Assembly (NCBI GenBank): GCA_008690995.1
Contig: VRMN01000002.1
Location: 1,426,001-1,490,000 of the forward strand
DNA length: 64,000 nucleotides
Direction of reading: 5' to 3'
Source of the DNA: Porphyridium purpureum
Taxonomy: Eukaryota
Position 1 is the stretch's first letter. The number at the start of each line of letters is the position of its first letter. This document shows, one piece after another, positions 62,711 through 64,000 of the stretch. The notes under the pieces are model-generated. The model worked only from the letters and a program-made list of their open reading frames with translations, was not told where the DNA came from and searched no databases. The position numbers were made by a program, and so were the translations under genes.

Positions 62711-64000
62711 TTATTTCTTCGGTTTTGTCCGCCGGGAAAGTCGCCAGTCATTCTGGTTCTGTGCCTTATGGTCGAACAAGGGCTCAATGCGTTCTTTCCG
62801 TTTCCTGCGGGTGATTTGGTTGGGATCAGCAAGCTTGAAAAAACGCGGAGCCAGATCGCGCAACCACGAGCTGTCGATCACCATTGCTTCACGCATGTAC
62901 TCCTTAGTGGTCTGGATAAGTTCGTGATAGATGAGCCACTCTGGCTGCAAGTGGAACAGAGACGATGCTGGATGGACATACACAATTTGGTTTTCAACCA
63001 GCGTTCGGTAGCCTTCCTGCGGGTCTTTCTTGGCTGCGTGCAGGAAGTATCCCGCCACAATGGCTTTCCGGAGCACTACGTAATTCTTACGGCAGCTGAC
63101 AAGGTCGAGTTTGTACCGGTCCATGATCGTGACTAGCTGCTTGCGAATCTCTTCCGCGCGGCGCAGCGCTCGCTGCTGAATAAAATTTTCGTGACACCAT
63201 GCATTCGACATGTGGCTTGCCTTCCATGCGTCCCATACTGCAAGCAGTGTAATGTGGTCGCCCTCGGGCTGATGAAAACGAGCTTTGCGCTGGTCAGCTT
63301 GTGCCTGCTTTTCTTTCGGTCGATAGAACACACTGTCCACGCTGACCATGGCCACGATCGTAAGCGCCTCCTCGCTGCATCCTAGGTCGACACTGGCTAG
63401 CACCAGCTTTGACAGCATGGGCTCCAGCGGAAACTCTGCCATCTTGCGCCCCAACCTGGTGAGTAAGCCCTCATCATCCAGCGCGCCGAGGTAGTACAAA
63501 GTCTCGAGCGCCGAAATTAAATGCTGTGTTGGCGGCGGATCCATAAAGTCGAAACGTAGTAGATCATTGATACCTAACGCCTTCAGCATAAGGACCACAT
63601 TCGACAAGTTTGACCGTTGTAGTTCAGGTACATTCGTAGGCAGCAACTCGTTTGTAAACGCACTTTCGGTGTAGAGCCTGAAGCATTTCCCGGGGCCTGT
63701 TCGGCCCGCTCGCCCGGCGCGCTGCCGCGCAGACGCCTGCGAGATCGGCGCAACAATCAACGAATCCATACCGAGTCTCGGATTGTACACTTTTTGCTTA
63801 GCGAAGCCCGGATCGACGACGTAGGAAATGCCATCAATGGTGAGAGATGCCTCGGCAATGTTTGTCGCAATCACACACTTGCGCGTGCCACGCGGAGCCG
63901 GCTCAAAAATGCGTGTCTGCATTTCGCTGGGCAGTGCGGAGTAGACTGGCAGAATCAACAATGGTGGAATCTTTGCAGAGTTCTTGCCAAGCGACTTGCA
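62711..64000 (-). CDS. PRP22: DEAH-box spliceosomal helicase PRP22/DHX8, C-terminal part (5' end beyond the window)
   Basis: [49 protein letters not shown] and ERIEPLF..WRLS. Confidence 0.95.
   Translation of the reverse strand, partial: CKSLGKNSAKIPPLLILPVYSALPSEMQTRIFEPAPRGTRKCVIATNIAEASLTIDGISYVVDPGFAKQKVYNPRLGMDSLIVAPISQASARQRAGRAGRTGPGKCFRLYTESAFTNELLPTNVPELQRSNLSNVVLMLKALGINDLLRFDFMDPPPTQHLISALETLYYLGALDDEGLLTRLGRKMAEFPLEPMLSKLVLASVDLGCSEEALTIVAMVSVDSVFYRPKEKQAQADQRKARFHQPEGDHITLLAVWDAWKASHMSNAWCHENFIQQRALRRAEEIRKQLVTIMDRYKLDLVSCRKNYVVLRKAIVAGYFLHAAKKDPQEGYRTLVENQIVYVHPASSLFHLQPEWLIYHELIQTTKEYMREAMVIDSSWLRDLAPRFFKLADPNQITRRKRKERIEPLFDHKAQNQNDWRLSRRTKPKK

Overview
Gene-dense, essentially intron-free, GC-rich eukaryotic nuclear DNA. 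A nuclear phycobilisome linker and several MAFV-type plastid transit peptides point to a unicellular red alga, probably Porphyridium or a relative (inference). About 23 host genes are recognisable or supported, including FIP1, UBC6, a tandem GT61-like glycosyltransferase, a TLDc protein, a phycobilisome linker, BUD31, SKA2, PSMB3, SMC2, iPGM, a prolyl oligopeptidase, an LPA3-like protein, ABCB, argD, OMA1 and PRP22. The centre (19429-30285) holds two nested, very young LTR retrotransposons inside the BUD31 coding region. The outer element appears chimeric: Ty3/gypsy-type gag and protease with a -1 frameshift signal, joined to Ty1/copia-type IN-RT-RNaseH. Its LTRs end CG...CG rather than TG...CA. 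The inner Ty3/gypsy element shares the same PBS and has heat-shock elements in its LTR. Two other highlights are a circularly permuted iPGM with Thr at the catalytic Ser position, and a near-identical triple-TTTGAA (CHR-like) block upstream of the two mitotic genes SKA2 and SMC2.
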